Notes: generated by a model from the letters alone, not told the origin. A stretch of DNA of 64,000 nt from an uncultured Clostridia bacterium (GCA_947631765.1 CANRMP010000001.1:139587-203586); one strand, 5' to 3'; positions 38,031 to 47,179 are shown, numbered from the stretch's first letter. Program-made: numbers and translations.

Positions 38031-38154
38031 GGTGCTGTGGAGTACTTACCGACATTTATTATGGCGGAAACGAGACGCAATGGGCAGAAATACTGTCTGA
38101 TTATAACGACATCCCCGAAACCGCAACTATACATTACAACAGCAAATAATAATA

Positions 38155-38187
38155 AATCCCCGACTCTGGCTCCGAGTCGGGGATTTT
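38155..38187. terminator. Bidirectional terminator between the LRR gene and the Bce-type operon
   Basis: Stem ATCCCCGACTC / GAGTCGGGGAT (11 bp) with a T5 run downstream on the plus strand and a T-rich run on the minus strand. Confidence 0.8.
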
Positions 38188-38212
38188 TGGCGCCGCGTGC
38201 GCTTCTTGTCTA

Positions 38213-38386
38213 TCATTGCATTTTTTCAATAAGTCCCAAAGTAAAATCAGTGGCTGTTTTGATAAGATAAATTAAAAACAGCAAAATCGCCGCGGGAAGC
38301 GCCAAAATAATCATAAGACAAAGTCCGGTATATGACACTATTGCCGAAATAACTTTGCATATTAAGCTTTTTTCACTTTTTGCCAT
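38213..38386 (-). CDS. 57-aa hydrophobic microprotein downstream of the BceB-like permease (below the ORF-track cutoff)
   Basis: Read by hand: MAKSEKSLICKVISAIVSYTGLCLMIILALPAAILLFLIYLIKTATDFTLGLIEKMQ. It starts 15 nt after the permease stop and ends before the operon terminator. It has no convincing SD. Confidence 0.35.
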   Translation of the reverse strand: MAKSEKSLICKVISAIVSYTGLCLMIILALPAAILLFLIYLIKTATDFTLGLIEKMQ

Positions 38387-38401
38387 ATTTCAAAAAATAT
38401 A

Positions 38402-40477
38402 TTATGCGTTTTGCTCTTTCGCGTCGCTTACGATTTTGTAATAAGCGCCCGCTGTCAGCTTGTACACCGCCGCATAGAACAGTGCAAACACTATAAGGCT
38501 TATGCCGGTAGTTGCGGCAAAGAGAGTAACGCTCTCAAACCCGAAAAGCAAAAGCAGCTTGCGTATTATCGGGAAGGCGAACGCAAGATGGGACGCCGCA
38601 AGAAGGAGCGGGAGAAAAAATACCGTGAGAAGCTGTGAATTGATGCTCTTTTTTATATCCTTCTTTGTCATGCCCACCTTCTGCATAATGGAAAAGCGCG
38701 CCTCGTCCTCGTACCCTTCGGAAAGCTGTTTATAGTAGATTATAAGCACGGCGGCAAGCGTGAATACAATGCTCAGTATTATGCCGATGTAAAACAGCGT
38801 GCCGAACATGCCGTAAAAATCCTGCCTGTTTTCCTCGCGCGACGATATGGAAGAATAATACGCGCCGTAGTTTATTTCCATTTCCCCCGCGTGGGTAGAC
38901 GAAGAGTATATTTTTTCATTGATTGACCTGCAGAGCGCTATCTCCTCTTTTGCTTCAAGCGAAGTGTCAAAATCGTACATCAGACGGTATTGCAGCATAC
39001 CTTCTCCCAAAGAGTCCCTCATGTCCGCTATGCCGTAGATTGCGTACTCAAGGTCTGGGACGGCTATCACCATGCAGGGCGATATAATATAGCCCTCGCC
39101 GTGCTCGAATTTTTTTGCCTCATATTTTTTTATACGAAACGTTCTTCCGCCGTTAAAGGACAATGTGTCGCCCTCAAATTCATGCCGGTATACGCATATA
39201 ATTGCCTCGTCCTTTTCAAGAGAGATGTCCTCGCCAACGTTCGCGTTAAAATCGGAGAGCGGAACAAAAAGAAACTGAAAAACGTTTGCCATAACGTCGA
39301 CGCCGTGGGCAACAGAGCTTATCTTACTTGCATCAAGCTCGACCTTGCCGTCAATAAGCAGCCCGGAAACGGCAACCGAGCGGTAGGAGAGAATATTACT
39401 CGGCTCTGCCTCGGCGTCGGCTGTCATATTGTCTATATCGCGCTTTATCGCTTTTGAAGTTTGGTCTGAGAGCCCTTTTAAGTCGCCGAATCTGAAGGTT
39501 ATGTTAATATCGCGCGGATAACGCTGATTTACCGCGTTTTCTTCCCCGAAATACAGGCAGGCGGTTGAGGATATCATGACAAGCACCATAGTGGCAAGTA
39601 TACATATTGAAGCAAGCCCCGCGCCGTTTCGTTTCATGCGAAACGCCATAGAGGACAGGGAGACAAAGTGACTTGGCTTATAGTAATATCCCTTTTTCTT
39701 TTGCAAAAGTCTGCAAAAGAGTACAGACCCCGATATCATGAGCAGATACGTGCCGGCAATAACCATTAAAACCGCCACAAAGAACCACGCAAGCGCAGTT
39801 ATCGGGTCCTTTATCGTGACTGCGATATAGTACGCGCCGCCAAGGATAAGTGCGCCGAGTATTCCCAAAAGCCAATTCGCACGCGGCGGCTTTTCGCCGG
39901 TATTCTCACCGTGCAAAAGCTGCATTGCGCTTGCAAAGCGTACCTGACGTATCGAGTTTAAAAGCAAAAGCAGAAATATTACGCCGAATACCTCGAGCGT
40001 TCTTAAAATTGCCGGCAGTGACACCGAAAGGTCGAAGCTTACATCTTCGTTCATTATGTTGACAAATCCGAGCTCGGCAAGCTTTGAAAACGATATCCCG
40101 AGTATCAGCCCCATTGAGAGCGAGATAAGAGCTACAATAAGCGTTTCAAAGCAGAGTATGCGCGCAATGCTTCGCTTGCCCATGCCGAGTATGTTATAAA
40201 GTCCGAATTCTTTTTTGCGCCGCCGCATCAGAAAGGAATTTGTATAAAAGAGAAATATACATGCAAATACCGCGATAACCGCGCTCCCGAGCGCTAACAT
40301 ACTACGCACCGATTCCGCGCCCATCATAGAGTCGGGCACACTGCAAATGCCGATGTACATTATGATATAGAACATCATCACCATGCCCGTGCAGGTCAAA
40401 ATGTACGGAAGATACATTCTTTTGTTTTTTCGAACTCCGTCAAGGGCAAGCTTCGGATAAAACAATAACGCCTTCAT
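38402..40477 (-). CDS. BceB-type (FtsX-domain) ABC permease, 10 TM with a large extracellular domain
   Basis: 691 aa. Two FtsX-like 4-helix blocks flank an extracellular region of about 220 aa. Overlaps the ATPase gene by 4 nt. Confidence 0.85.
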   Translation of the reverse strand: MKALLFYPKLALDGVRKNKRMYLPYILTCTGMVMMFYIIMYIGICSVPDSMMGAESVRSMLALGSAVIAVFACIFLFYTNSFLMRRRKKEFGLYNILGMGKRSIARILCFETLIVALISLSMGLILGISFSKLAELGFVNIMNEDVSFDLSVSLPAILRTLEVFGVIFLLLLLNSIRQVRFASAMQLLHGENTGEKPPRANWLLGILGALILGGAYYIAVTIKDPITALAWFFVAVLMVIAGTYLLMISGSVLFCRLLQKKKGYYYKPSHFVSLSSMAFRMKRNGAGLASICILATMVLVMISSTACLYFGEENAVNQRYPRDINITFRFGDLKGLSDQTSKAIKRDIDNMTADAEAEPSNILSYRSVAVSGLLIDGKVELDASKISSVAHGVDVMANVFQFLFVPLSDFNANVGEDISLEKDEAIICVYRHEFEGDTLSFNGGRTFRIKKYEAKKFEHGEGYIISPCMVIAVPDLEYAIYGIADMRDSLGEGMLQYRLMYDFDTSLEAKEEIALCRSINEKIYSSSTHAGEMEINYGAYYSSISSREENRQDFYGMFGTLFYIGIILSIVFTLAAVLIIYYKQLSEGYEDEARFSIMQKVGMTKKDIKKSINSQLLTVFFLPLLLAASHLAFAFPIIRKLLLLFGFESVTLFAATTGISLIVFALFYAAVYKLTAGAYYKIVSDAKEQNA

Positions 40478-41238
40478 CTTGCTTCACCTCCAGATAAAAG
40501 GAGGGTCAGAGTGTCGGATATTTTCTGATAGAACTGCTCGTTTGTGTCCTCGCCTCTGTAAAGCTGGTGAAATACCTCGCCGTCCTTGATAAATAGAACG
40601 CGCCCCGCAAAGCTTGCGGCTTTTACCGAATGGGTAACCATTATGATCGTGTGACCGAGCTTATTAATGCTTGAAAAAATCCTTAAAATATCGTCTGCCG
40701 ACCTTGAATCGAGAGCGCCTGTGGGCTCGTCTGCCAAAATCAGCTTCGGGTTTGTGATTATTGCCCTTGCCACGGCGGCGCGCTGCTTCTGCCCGCCCGA
40801 GACCTCATAAGGATACTTTTTAAGAATTTCCTCTATCCCGAGCTCTTTGGCAATGGGTATCAGCGCTTTATGCATCTGGTCGTGGCTCTTACCCGCCAAA
40901 ACGAGAGGCAGATAAATGTTGTCCTCAATTGTAAAGGTGTCGAGAATATTAAATTCCTGAAAGACAAATCCGAGATTTTTGCGCCTGTATGCGGCAATCT
41001 CTGCTTCCTTTATTTCAGAGAGGTCAAAGCCGTCAAGAAGCACGCTTCCCTTTGTGGGTCTGTCAAGAGCGGCAAGAATGTTGAGAAGAGTGGTTTTTCC
41101 CGAGCCGGATTCGCCCATTATGGCGACAAATTCTCCCTTTTCAACACTGAAATTCACGTTTTTGAGCGCCTCTGTACGATTTCCTCCGAATCTTGGGACG
41201 TAGGTTTTTTTAAGTCCGGTAACTTTTAAAATAGCCAT
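40474..41238 (-). CDS. BceA-type ABC transporter ATP-binding protein
   Basis: Walker A GESGSGKTT, signature SGGQKQR, Walker B LILADEPTGALD. MacB/LolD-type subfamily. Confidence 0.92.
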   Translation of the reverse strand: MAILKVTGLKKTYVPRFGGNRTEALKNVNFSVEKGEFVAIMGESGSGKTTLLNILAALDRPTKGSVLLDGFDLSEIKEAEIAAYRRKNLGFVFQEFNILDTFTIEDNIYLPLVLAGKSHDQMHKALIPIAKELGIEEILKKYPYEVSGGQKQRAAVARAIITNPKLILADEPTGALDSRSADDILRIFSSINKLGHTIIMVTHSVKAASFAGRVLFIKDGEVFHQLYRGEDTNEQFYQKISDTLTLLLSGGEAR

Positions 41239-41329
41239 TGTAGTTTCCTCCGAAAAGTTTTCTGCTTATATTTTAGCAGAAAGGGGAAATGAGAAGCCAT
41301 AGATAAGGCTTACATTTCCCGCTTTGAAT

Positions 41330-41345
41330 CTTACACTTTTGTAAG
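41330..41345 (-). promoter_or_regulatory. Inverted repeat CTTACA-N4-TGTAAG, candidate BceR-type response-regulator box upstream of the ABC genes
   Basis: A perfect 6+6 palindrome about 92 nt upstream of the bceA-like ATG and about 60 nt upstream of an extended -10 (TGcTAAAAT, plus-strand 41269-41277). It fits the TNACA-N4-TGTAA type consensus I recall for Bce-like regulators. Confidence 0.45.
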
Positions 41346-41348
41346 AAG

Positions 41349-42338
41349 CTATTCTTTTATCTTTTTGTACTCTTCAAGACCGATATAAACCGAAGTCCCC
41401 TTTCCGAGCTTTGAGGTGACGCGTATATTTGTTCCGAGATTTTGGCATATGCGGCGACAGAGATAAAGCCCTATTCCGCTTGCCCTTTTGTCAATTCGCC
41501 CATTGTATCCGGTATATCCCTTTTCGAAAACCCGCGGGATATCCTCAGGAGCAATGCCTATTCCGGTATCCTCTATGCAAAGCTCCTTGTTTTCGGTAAA
41601 AAATATTTTAATTTTGCCCTCACGCGTGTATTTTAAAGCGTTTGAAAGCACCTGCTCAATGACAAAGGACAGCCATTTTTCGTCCGTTATTATCTCATAA
41701 TTTATTTCTTCATATTCAAGGCGAAGCTTACGGTCAATAAATTCCGAGGAAAGCTTTGCAAGCGCTTGCTTTATTACAGAGTCAAGGTCTGTGCCATTAA
41801 ACACATAGTCGCCCGAATCCGAGTCAAGCCTTAGATAGGCAAGCACCATTTCAACATACTGCTCAATGCGAAGCAGCTCAAGAAGAGCCCTTCTTGAAAG
41901 CGGAGTGTCCTCATTCTGCAGGGTCAGGCGCATTGCGGCAATCGGCGTTTTTATCTGATGCACCCACACCGTGTAGTATTCCATGGTATCCTGTATGCGC
42001 GAGGCAGTCTGCGCTTCAAGCTCGCTTATTTCGGCTTTAAGCGTCCTTATTATTTCCTGATAGTCGGCGCTCTCGATACTACGTGCGTCAGGTAGGGATG
42101 TAATCAGCGCGGCGCTCTGCTTTTTGAGTTCAAGCAGGCATTTGTGTCTCTCTTTTTGGCGTAAAAAATCCACGGCGACAAATATTATGCCGACAATCAG
42201 GCAAAGAAAGGCGGGGTAAAGCAGGGCCTTTGGCGGCAGGCGGCATAAAAGAAAGGTTATGAGAAAAAGCGCAAAGAAAACAATATACGAAGCTATAAGC
42301 GTTTTGTGAGCTTTTAAGTATGAAATAAAGAGTTTCAC
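41349..42338 (-). CDS. BceS-type intramembrane-sensing histidine kinase
   Basis: I prefer the GTG at 42338 (AAAGGAA upstream), which gives 329 aa. Two TM helices with a minimal loop, H-box VHQIKTPIAAM, and an HATPase_c domain (EDTGIGI, GIGLYL). The track ORF start at 42482 overlaps the upstream gene. Confidence 0.85.
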   Translation of the reverse strand: MKLFISYLKAHKTLIASYIVFFALFLITFLLCRLPPKALLYPAFLCLIVGIIFVAVDFLRQKERHKCLLELKKQSAALITSLPDARSIESADYQEIIRTLKAEISELEAQTASRIQDTMEYYTVWVHQIKTPIAAMRLTLQNEDTPLSRRALLELLRIEQYVEMVLAYLRLDSDSGDYVFNGTDLDSVIKQALAKLSSEFIDRKLRLEYEEINYEIITDEKWLSFVIEQVLSNALKYTREGKIKIFFTENKELCIEDTGIGIAPEDIPRVFEKGYTGYNGRIDKRASGIGLYLCRRICQNLGTNIRVTSKLGKGTSVYIGLEEYKKIKE

Positions 42339-42349
42339 GGAAATTCCTT

Positions 42350-43078
42350 TCAGCAAAAAAGATAAAAATGCCTGATAAGTGCGAAAATCAAAAGATGCGC
42401 CGGATATCCGATATAGAAGAACCACTTTGAAAAGGCGCTCTTGTTTTCTGCCCTTTTGCCGCTGTAAAAATATATAATGCAAAGTCCCGAAAGCGCCATC
42501 CCGGTTATGGTTAACAGCGCGTTTGCAATATCCAAGGTGTGCGTGCTCTCAAAGCGTGAAATAAGAAAACAGAGAAAATAAAGCGTTGTCGAGATTATAT
42601 ATGCGGCTTTTGTTCTTGCGGAGCTTTTGCCGCTCCATATAAAGAGAATTGTGAAGAACGGTGCAAACACACCCCAATCGCATAAAAGCGTGAGTGCGGC
42701 AAAAACTACGATGAGCAATATTTGAATTGCGGGACGCTTGATTTTATCTTCGGTAAGGCAGATAAGAAAACACAAAAAAAGGGTAAAAAGCATGTTGAGG
42801 TTTTTGTATCCGAGCGCCGCGTAATAGGGAACTTGAGATATTATTGCAAACAAAAGAAGCCTTGCAGCGTATTTTTTCTTTGATCTTGTGCAATTGTACC
42901 CTTCAACAAGAAAATAACACATTGTAATTGCAGTAAAGCTGCCAAGCCCCGTAAGAAATGAATAAAGCAAGCCGTTATTAAAAAGGATCCTTGCCGCATG
43001 ACTTATTACCATTGCGGCAAACGCCGCGTATTTAACAGCCTCTCTGTTAAGTTTTTTAAAAGCCATGTCACTCAACAA
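42350..43078 (-). CDS. TraX-family polytopic membrane protein (acyltransferase-like) lying between the response regulator and the kinase
   Basis: AAMVISHAARILF, CYFLVEGYNCTRSKKKYAARLLLFAIISQVPYY and the C-terminal FFYIGYPAHLLIF match the TraX pattern (MliDH..., F.l.EG..hT+....Y..RL..Fa.iS..P, fY.fYP.HL). Confidence 0.65.
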   Translation of the reverse strand: MLSDMAFKKLNREAVKYAAFAAMVISHAARILFNNGLLYSFLTGLGSFTAITMCYFLVEGYNCTRSKKKYAARLLLFAIISQVPYYAALGYKNLNMLFTLFLCFLICLTEDKIKRPAIQILLIVVFAALTLLCDWGVFAPFFTILFIWSGKSSARTKAAYIISTTLYFLCFLISRFESTHTLDIANALLTITGMALSGLCIIYFYSGKRAENKSAFSKWFFYIGYPAHLLIFALIRHFYLFC

Positions 43079-43739
43079 TATAGCCTACGCCGAATTTTGT
43101 CACTATGAAATTTTCAAGTCCCGCCGCGTCAAGCTTTTTTCTAAGCCGATTTATATTTACTGTCAAAGTGTTGTCGTCAATAAACGTCTCGGTCTTCCAC
43201 AAGCGCTCCATTAGCTTCTCGCGGCTGACAATTCTGCCCTTGTTTTCCATAAGGCAGAGCAGGATTTTGTATTCGTTTTTGGTGAGGGTTATATCTTCGT
43301 CCTTGTATCTTAGCGTTCCGTTTCCGGTGTTTAAAAACGCGCCTCTGTGCCAAAGCACCGGTACAGTGTCCGAAAAATCGTATGTTCTGCGAAGCAGCGC
43401 CTGAATTTTTGCCATAAGCACGCTTTGATCAAACGGCTTTGCAATAAAATCGTCGGCGCCCATATTCATTGCCATTATGATATTCATGTTGTCGGAGGCG
43501 GAGGAAATAAATATTATCGGTACTTTTGAGATTTTGCGCAGCTCTTGGCACCAATGGTAACCGTTGAAAAACGGCAGAGCGACGTCAAGCAGTATTATAT
43601 GGGGCTGAAACTGCGCGTATTCGGTGAGAATTTCGTGAAAGTTCACGGCAATATGCGTTTCAAGCTCCCACATGCGCGCCGCCTCTTTTACGGCGTTTGC
43701 TATTCCCATATCGTCCTCAACAATAAAGAGTCTGTACAT
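43068..43739 (-). CDS. OmpR-family response regulator (BceR-like)
   Basis: Start at MYRLFIVEDD (43739, GGAGG upstream). Receiver Asp in ILLDVALP. The C-terminal winged helix ends in GVGYIVE. Confidence 0.92.
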   Translation of the reverse strand: MYRLFIVEDDMGIANAVKEAARMWELETHIAVNFHEILTEYAQFQPHIILLDVALPFFNGYHWCQELRKISKVPIIFISSASDNMNIIMAMNMGADDFIAKPFDQSVLMAKIQALLRRTYDFSDTVPVLWHRGAFLNTGNGTLRYKDEDITLTKNEYKILLCLMENKGRIVSREKLMERLWKTETFIDDNTLTVNINRLRKKLDAAGLENFIVTKFGVGYIVE

Positions 43740-43802
43740 TAAAGCCTCCGCGTTTTTTTCCTTTTTGTCTATTCTATCACCATACTTTAAAAAAGTCAAC
43801 CG

Positions 43803-43832
43803 TAAAAAATGCCGCCCGATAATCGGGCGGCA
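43803..43832 (-). terminator. Terminator of the malic enzyme gene
   Basis: Stem TGCCGCCCGA / TCGGGCGGCA, followed on the minus strand by TTTTTTAC. Confidence 0.8.
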
Positions 43833-43867
43833 GGGTAATTTCGGGGATATTCAAGTAAAAAAGAATA

Positions 43868-45046
43868 TCAGATTCTTGCAACTCCGCTTTCTCTTGCGGC
43901 TGTTGCAACGGCTTTTGCGACGGCGTCCTTAACGCGCGGGTCAAAGGGATCGGGGAGAATATAGTCCGGGCAAAGCTCATCGTCTGAAATTAGGCCTGCA
44001 AGCGCCTTGGCGGCGGCTATCTTCATCTCTTCGTTTATGTCCGAGGCTCTGCAGTCAAGCGCTCCGCGGAAAACTCCGGGGAAGGCGAGAAGGTTGTTTA
44101 TTTGATTTGGATAATCGCTTCTTCCGGTACCCACAATGTAGGCTCCCGCTTCTTTTGCCTCCTCGGGCATGATTTCGGGAACGGGGTTTGCCATGGCAAA
44201 AACTATCGGCTTTTCCGCCATGGAACGCACCATCTCTTTTGTGAGAAGTCCGGGCTTTGACACGCCGATAAACACGTCGGCGCCCTTAATTACGCTTGAA
44301 AGGGGACCGCAAAGTCTTTCGGGATTTGAAATTAGCGCAAGGCGCCTGTGCTCCTCTGTCGGCATGGATTTTTCATCATCGATGCAAACTGCGCCGTTTC
44401 TTGCAACGTAAATAATATTTTTTGCGCCGAAGGACATAAGCAGTCTGCCGATTGCATTGCCTGCCGCTCCCGCGCCGCTGAAAACAATTTTAAGCTCTTC
44501 AATCTTCTTTCCCGTGAGCTTAAGCGCGTTCATAAGGGCGGCGGCGGTGATTATTGCCGTTCCGTGCTGGTCGTCATGGAAAATCGGAATATCCGACACT
44601 TCCTTTAATTTTCTTTCAATTTCAAAACAGCGGGGCGCCGAGATATCTTCAAGATTTACGCCGCCGAAAGAGCCGAGAAGCAGGGAAACCGTGTTTACAA
44701 ATGTGTCGACGTCCTTTGTTCTCACGCACAGGGGAATAGCGTCAACGTCTCCGAACTGCTTGAAAAGAAGCGCCTTTCCTTCCATGACCGGCATTCCCGC
44801 CTCGGGACCGATGTCTCCGAGCCCGAGCACCGCACTTCCGTCGGTAATGACGGCGACCGTGTTCCAACGGGAGGTCAGCTCATAGGATTTGTTTATATCC
44901 TTTTGTATTTCAAGACAGGGCTCCGCAACGCCCGGAGTGTACGCAAGAGATAGGTTTGTTTTGTCTTTTACGCTTACCGTGGGCGTTATTCTTATTTTGC
45001 CCTTCCACTCATAATGTTTTTTTAAAGATTCTTCTTTGATGTTCAT
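43868..45046 (-). CDS. NAD(P)-dependent malic enzyme (short, MaeB N-domain / YtsJ type)
   Basis: Start at MNIKEESLKKH (45046, AAAGGAA upstream). Motifs AYTPGVAEPC, VITDGSAVLGLGDIGP, PVMEGKALLFK and GAGAAG. Confidence 0.9.
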   Translation of the reverse strand: MNIKEESLKKHYEWKGKIRITPTVSVKDKTNLSLAYTPGVAEPCLEIQKDINKSYELTSRWNTVAVITDGSAVLGLGDIGPEAGMPVMEGKALLFKQFGDVDAIPLCVRTKDVDTFVNTVSLLLGSFGGVNLEDISAPRCFEIERKLKEVSDIPIFHDDQHGTAIITAAALMNALKLTGKKIEELKIVFSGAGAAGNAIGRLLMSFGAKNIIYVARNGAVCIDDEKSMPTEEHRRLALISNPERLCGPLSSVIKGADVFIGVSKPGLLTKEMVRSMAEKPIVFAMANPVPEIMPEEAKEAGAYIVGTGRSDYPNQINNLLAFPGVFRGALDCRASDINEEMKIAAAKALAGLISDDELCPDYILPDPFDPRVKDAVAKAVATAARESGVARI

Positions 45047-45232
45047 ATGAAATTCCTTTCGGCGTTTTTTGTAAATCATTGTGTGTTTTAATAAGCCGTT
45101 TCCTATTGTAGCATAAATCCGGAGCTTTTGCAATAATTTTTTAGATTAAAAAAACACACGCGGCAAACAATTTATATGAGAAAGAAATTTCTTTATATAG
45201 AGCAAATTAAAATCGAAGAAAGGTAAATAAAT

Positions 45233-46006
45233 ATGAAAAGATTCTTTTCTTTTGTTCTTGTGCTTATTTGTCTGTTTTCGGCGGGAAACGCGGCGTTTGC
45301 GGACAAATGCACGGCGTACAATTGGTACTGCACAAACAATAACGACCATACGCTTCCAAAACTCGGGCGGGATCTTGCAATTATCACAAAATACGACGGA
45401 TATTACGCCAACTGCAATGTAAAGGGCGGCGATAAGGTCATATACCTTACCTTTGACGCGGGTTATGAAAACGGAAACGTTGCAAAGATTCTTGACGCGC
45501 TTAAGGCGCATAACGCCACGGGCGCGTTTTTTATTCTCGGCAATCTCATAAAGCGTAACGGTGAGCTTGTTATGCGAATGGTCAATGAGGGACATATGGT
45601 GTGCAATCACACAAGAAGCCATCCGGACATGACCGAGATAACCGACAAAAGAATGTTTTTTTCCCAGCTTGACAGCCTTGCAAAGATGTATTTTGAGCTT
45701 ACGGGCAAGGAAATGGCAAAGGTTTACCGCCCGCCCGAGGGGAGATTCAGCGAGCAAAATCTCTGCTTTGCAAAAGAGCTCGGCTATAAGACGGTTTTCT
45801 GGAGCTTTGCCTATGCCGACTGGGACAACAACAAGCAAATGAGCGAGGAAAAAGCGCTTGAAAAAATACTTGCCCATATCCACAACGGGGAAGTTATGCT
45901 GCTTCACCCCACCTCCGCCACAAACGCGGCAATTCTTGACAGACTGCTCACAAAGCTTGAGGACGACGGATACCGTTTCGGCTCTCTTGAGGAGCTTTGG
46001 AAATGA
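45233..46006 (+). CDS. pdaA: Delta-lactam-biosynthetic de-N-acetylase (spore cortex), PdaA-like
   Basis: Signal peptide. IYLTFDAGYENGN, GAFFILGN, EGHMVCNHTRSHPDM, YRPPEGRFSE, GYKTVFWSFAYADW and LLHPTS align block for block with B. subtilis PdaA as I remember it. Confidence 0.75.
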   Translation: MKRFFSFVLVLICLFSAGNAAFADKCTAYNWYCTNNNDHTLPKLGRDLAIITKYDGYYANCNVKGGDKVIYLTFDAGYENGNVAKILDALKAHNATGAFFILGNLIKRNGELVMRMVNEGHMVCNHTRSHPDMTEITDKRMFFSQLDSLAKMYFELTGKEMAKVYRPPEGRFSEQNLCFAKELGYKTVFWSFAYADWDNNKQMSEEKALEKILAHIHNGEVMLLHPTSATNAAILDRLLTKLEDDGYRFGSLEELWK

Positions 46007-46689
46007 GATGCCCTTCCTTGATTTTCCGGCTGCTTTCAATAGCGCTTGTCCTCTCGTTTTTGCCGGCGTTTGCCCTGCCTTTCGTTTTTGCGCGGGAGGA
46101 AGAGAAAATCAACGAAAAAAAGTACGTGGCTCTGACCTTTGACGACGGTCCGCACCCGAGGCAAACCGAAAAAATACTCGACCTGCTTGACTCTTATAAT
46201 ATCAAAGCCACCTTTTTTGTAATAGGCTTGAATTTAGAGCAGTGGGGAGATATCGTGGCAAGAGAAATAAGGTCGGGACACGAGGTCGGCAACCACACTT
46301 TTTCCCATAAGCATTTAATCTCAGAAAAGCCGGAGGAGCTCAGAAGCGATCTGCAAAAAACCGATAGTATGTTAAAAAATAAATATTCCTACAAGACAAG
46401 GCTGTTCAGACCACCGGAAGGATATATAAGCGATTCGGTGAGAAGCATTTCCGAGGAATTCGGCTATACAACGGTGCTTTGGAACGTCGATACAAGAGAC
46501 TGGGCAAACACTGAGACCGAAAAGATCGTGTCGACTGTAATACGTCATGTAAAGAGCGGAGATATCATTCTTTTTCACGACTACGTCGTGGGGGAAAGCC
46601 ACACTTACGAGGCGCTTTTGACGCTTATCCCGTGGCTTTGTAATGAAGGGTACAGCTTTGCTACCGTGTCCGAGCTTTATGGACTTTGA
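46003..46689 (+). CDS. Polysaccharide deacetylase (NodB homology domain), secreted
   Basis: The ATG at 46003 forms an ATGA overlap with the pdaA stop. VALTFDDGPHP, ATFFVIG, GHEVGNHTFSH, LFRPPEG and DTRDW are the five NodB motifs. Confidence 0.88.
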   Translation: MRCPSLIFRLLSIALVLSFLPAFALPFVFAREEEKINEKKYVALTFDDGPHPRQTEKILDLLDSYNIKATFFVIGLNLEQWGDIVAREIRSGHEVGNHTFSHKHLISEKPEELRSDLQKTDSMLKNKYSYKTRLFRPPEGYISDSVRSISEEFGYTTVLWNVDTRDWANTETEKIVSTVIRHVKSGDIILFHDYVVGESHTYEALLTLIPWLCNEGYSFATVSELYGL

Positions 46690-46795
46690 AAATAATTAAA
46701 GACCGAGGGCAATTTCGAAATCGAAGGCGACCTCGGCCTTTTTAATACATAAAAGCGACGATTTTTTGAAATATATTATTTTTTTGCAATACCTC

Positions 46796-46824
46796 TTGAC
46801 AAACAATACATCGTATGATATAGT
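46796..46824 (+). promoter_or_regulatory. Sigma-A promoter of the PadR operon, overlapped by an inverted repeat
   Basis: TTGACA (46796-801), a 17-nt spacer, then TATAGT (46819-24). The 9-bp inverted repeat CAATACATC (46804-12) / GATGTATTG (46837-45) brackets the -10 and the start site. Confidence 0.6.
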
Positions 46825-46864
46825 ATTATGCAGTAAGATGTATTGAAGAAGGGAGCGAGCGCTT

Positions 46865-47179
46865 TTGGATGTCAAGCTCAAAAGGGGAATACTTGAGGTA
46901 TGTGTGCTGGCGGCTATAAAAAACGAGGACTCATACGGGTACCAGATAATAAAGGATATGAAGCCTTATGTTGAAATATCCGAGTCCACATTATATCCCA
47001 TATTGCGCAGACTTGAGATGTCGGAGTGTCTGAAAGTAAGGTCTGTGGAGCATAACGGGAGGCTGAGAAAGTATTACAGCATCACAAAGACGGGGAAAAA
47101 AAGAATTGAAACGTTTGTCGGGGAATGGAAAGAGATAGTGTCTATTTATAATTATATTGTGAGGGAGGACGGCAAATAA
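46865..47179 (+). CDS. PadR-family transcriptional regulator
   Basis: 104 aa. The sequence LEVCVLAAIKNEDSYGYQIIKDM...STLYPILRRLEMSECL is a PadR winged helix. A TTG start is implied by the track. Confidence 0.9.
   Translation: MDVKLKRGILEVCVLAAIKNEDSYGYQIIKDMKPYVEISESTLYPILRRLEMSECLKVRSVEHNGRLRKYYSITKTGKKRIETFVGEWKEIVSIYNYIVREDGK

Larger units (their letters stand above)
36277..38149 (+). pseudogene. BspA-family leucine-rich-repeat surface lipoprotein, reading frame broken at a G9 tract (phase-OFF state or homopolymer assembly error)
   Basis: AAGGAGAG SD plus the ATG at 36277 encodes MKKIISIILTLTTAAVFASCGGG and then a stop. The next frame is open from inside the G run (GNTGNTSDLSGVTGTTAPTVTTDPTQSQEPIPDSQG...) and continues into the track ORF 36452..38149, which has no ATG or SD of its own. 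G8 or G11 would give one 623-aa lipoprotein. The body holds about 20 repeats of the ~23-aa unit C.GLTSITIPD.VT.IG..AF. Confidence 0.75.

Noticed and set aside
45146-46039. A 297-aa ORF on the minus strand covering the whole pdaA region.
   Set aside because: It is antisense to a CDS that matches PdaA motif by motif. Its translation is Lys/Arg/Cys/Val-rich with no recognisable motif, no SD and no plausible promoter. This is a typical shadow ORF.
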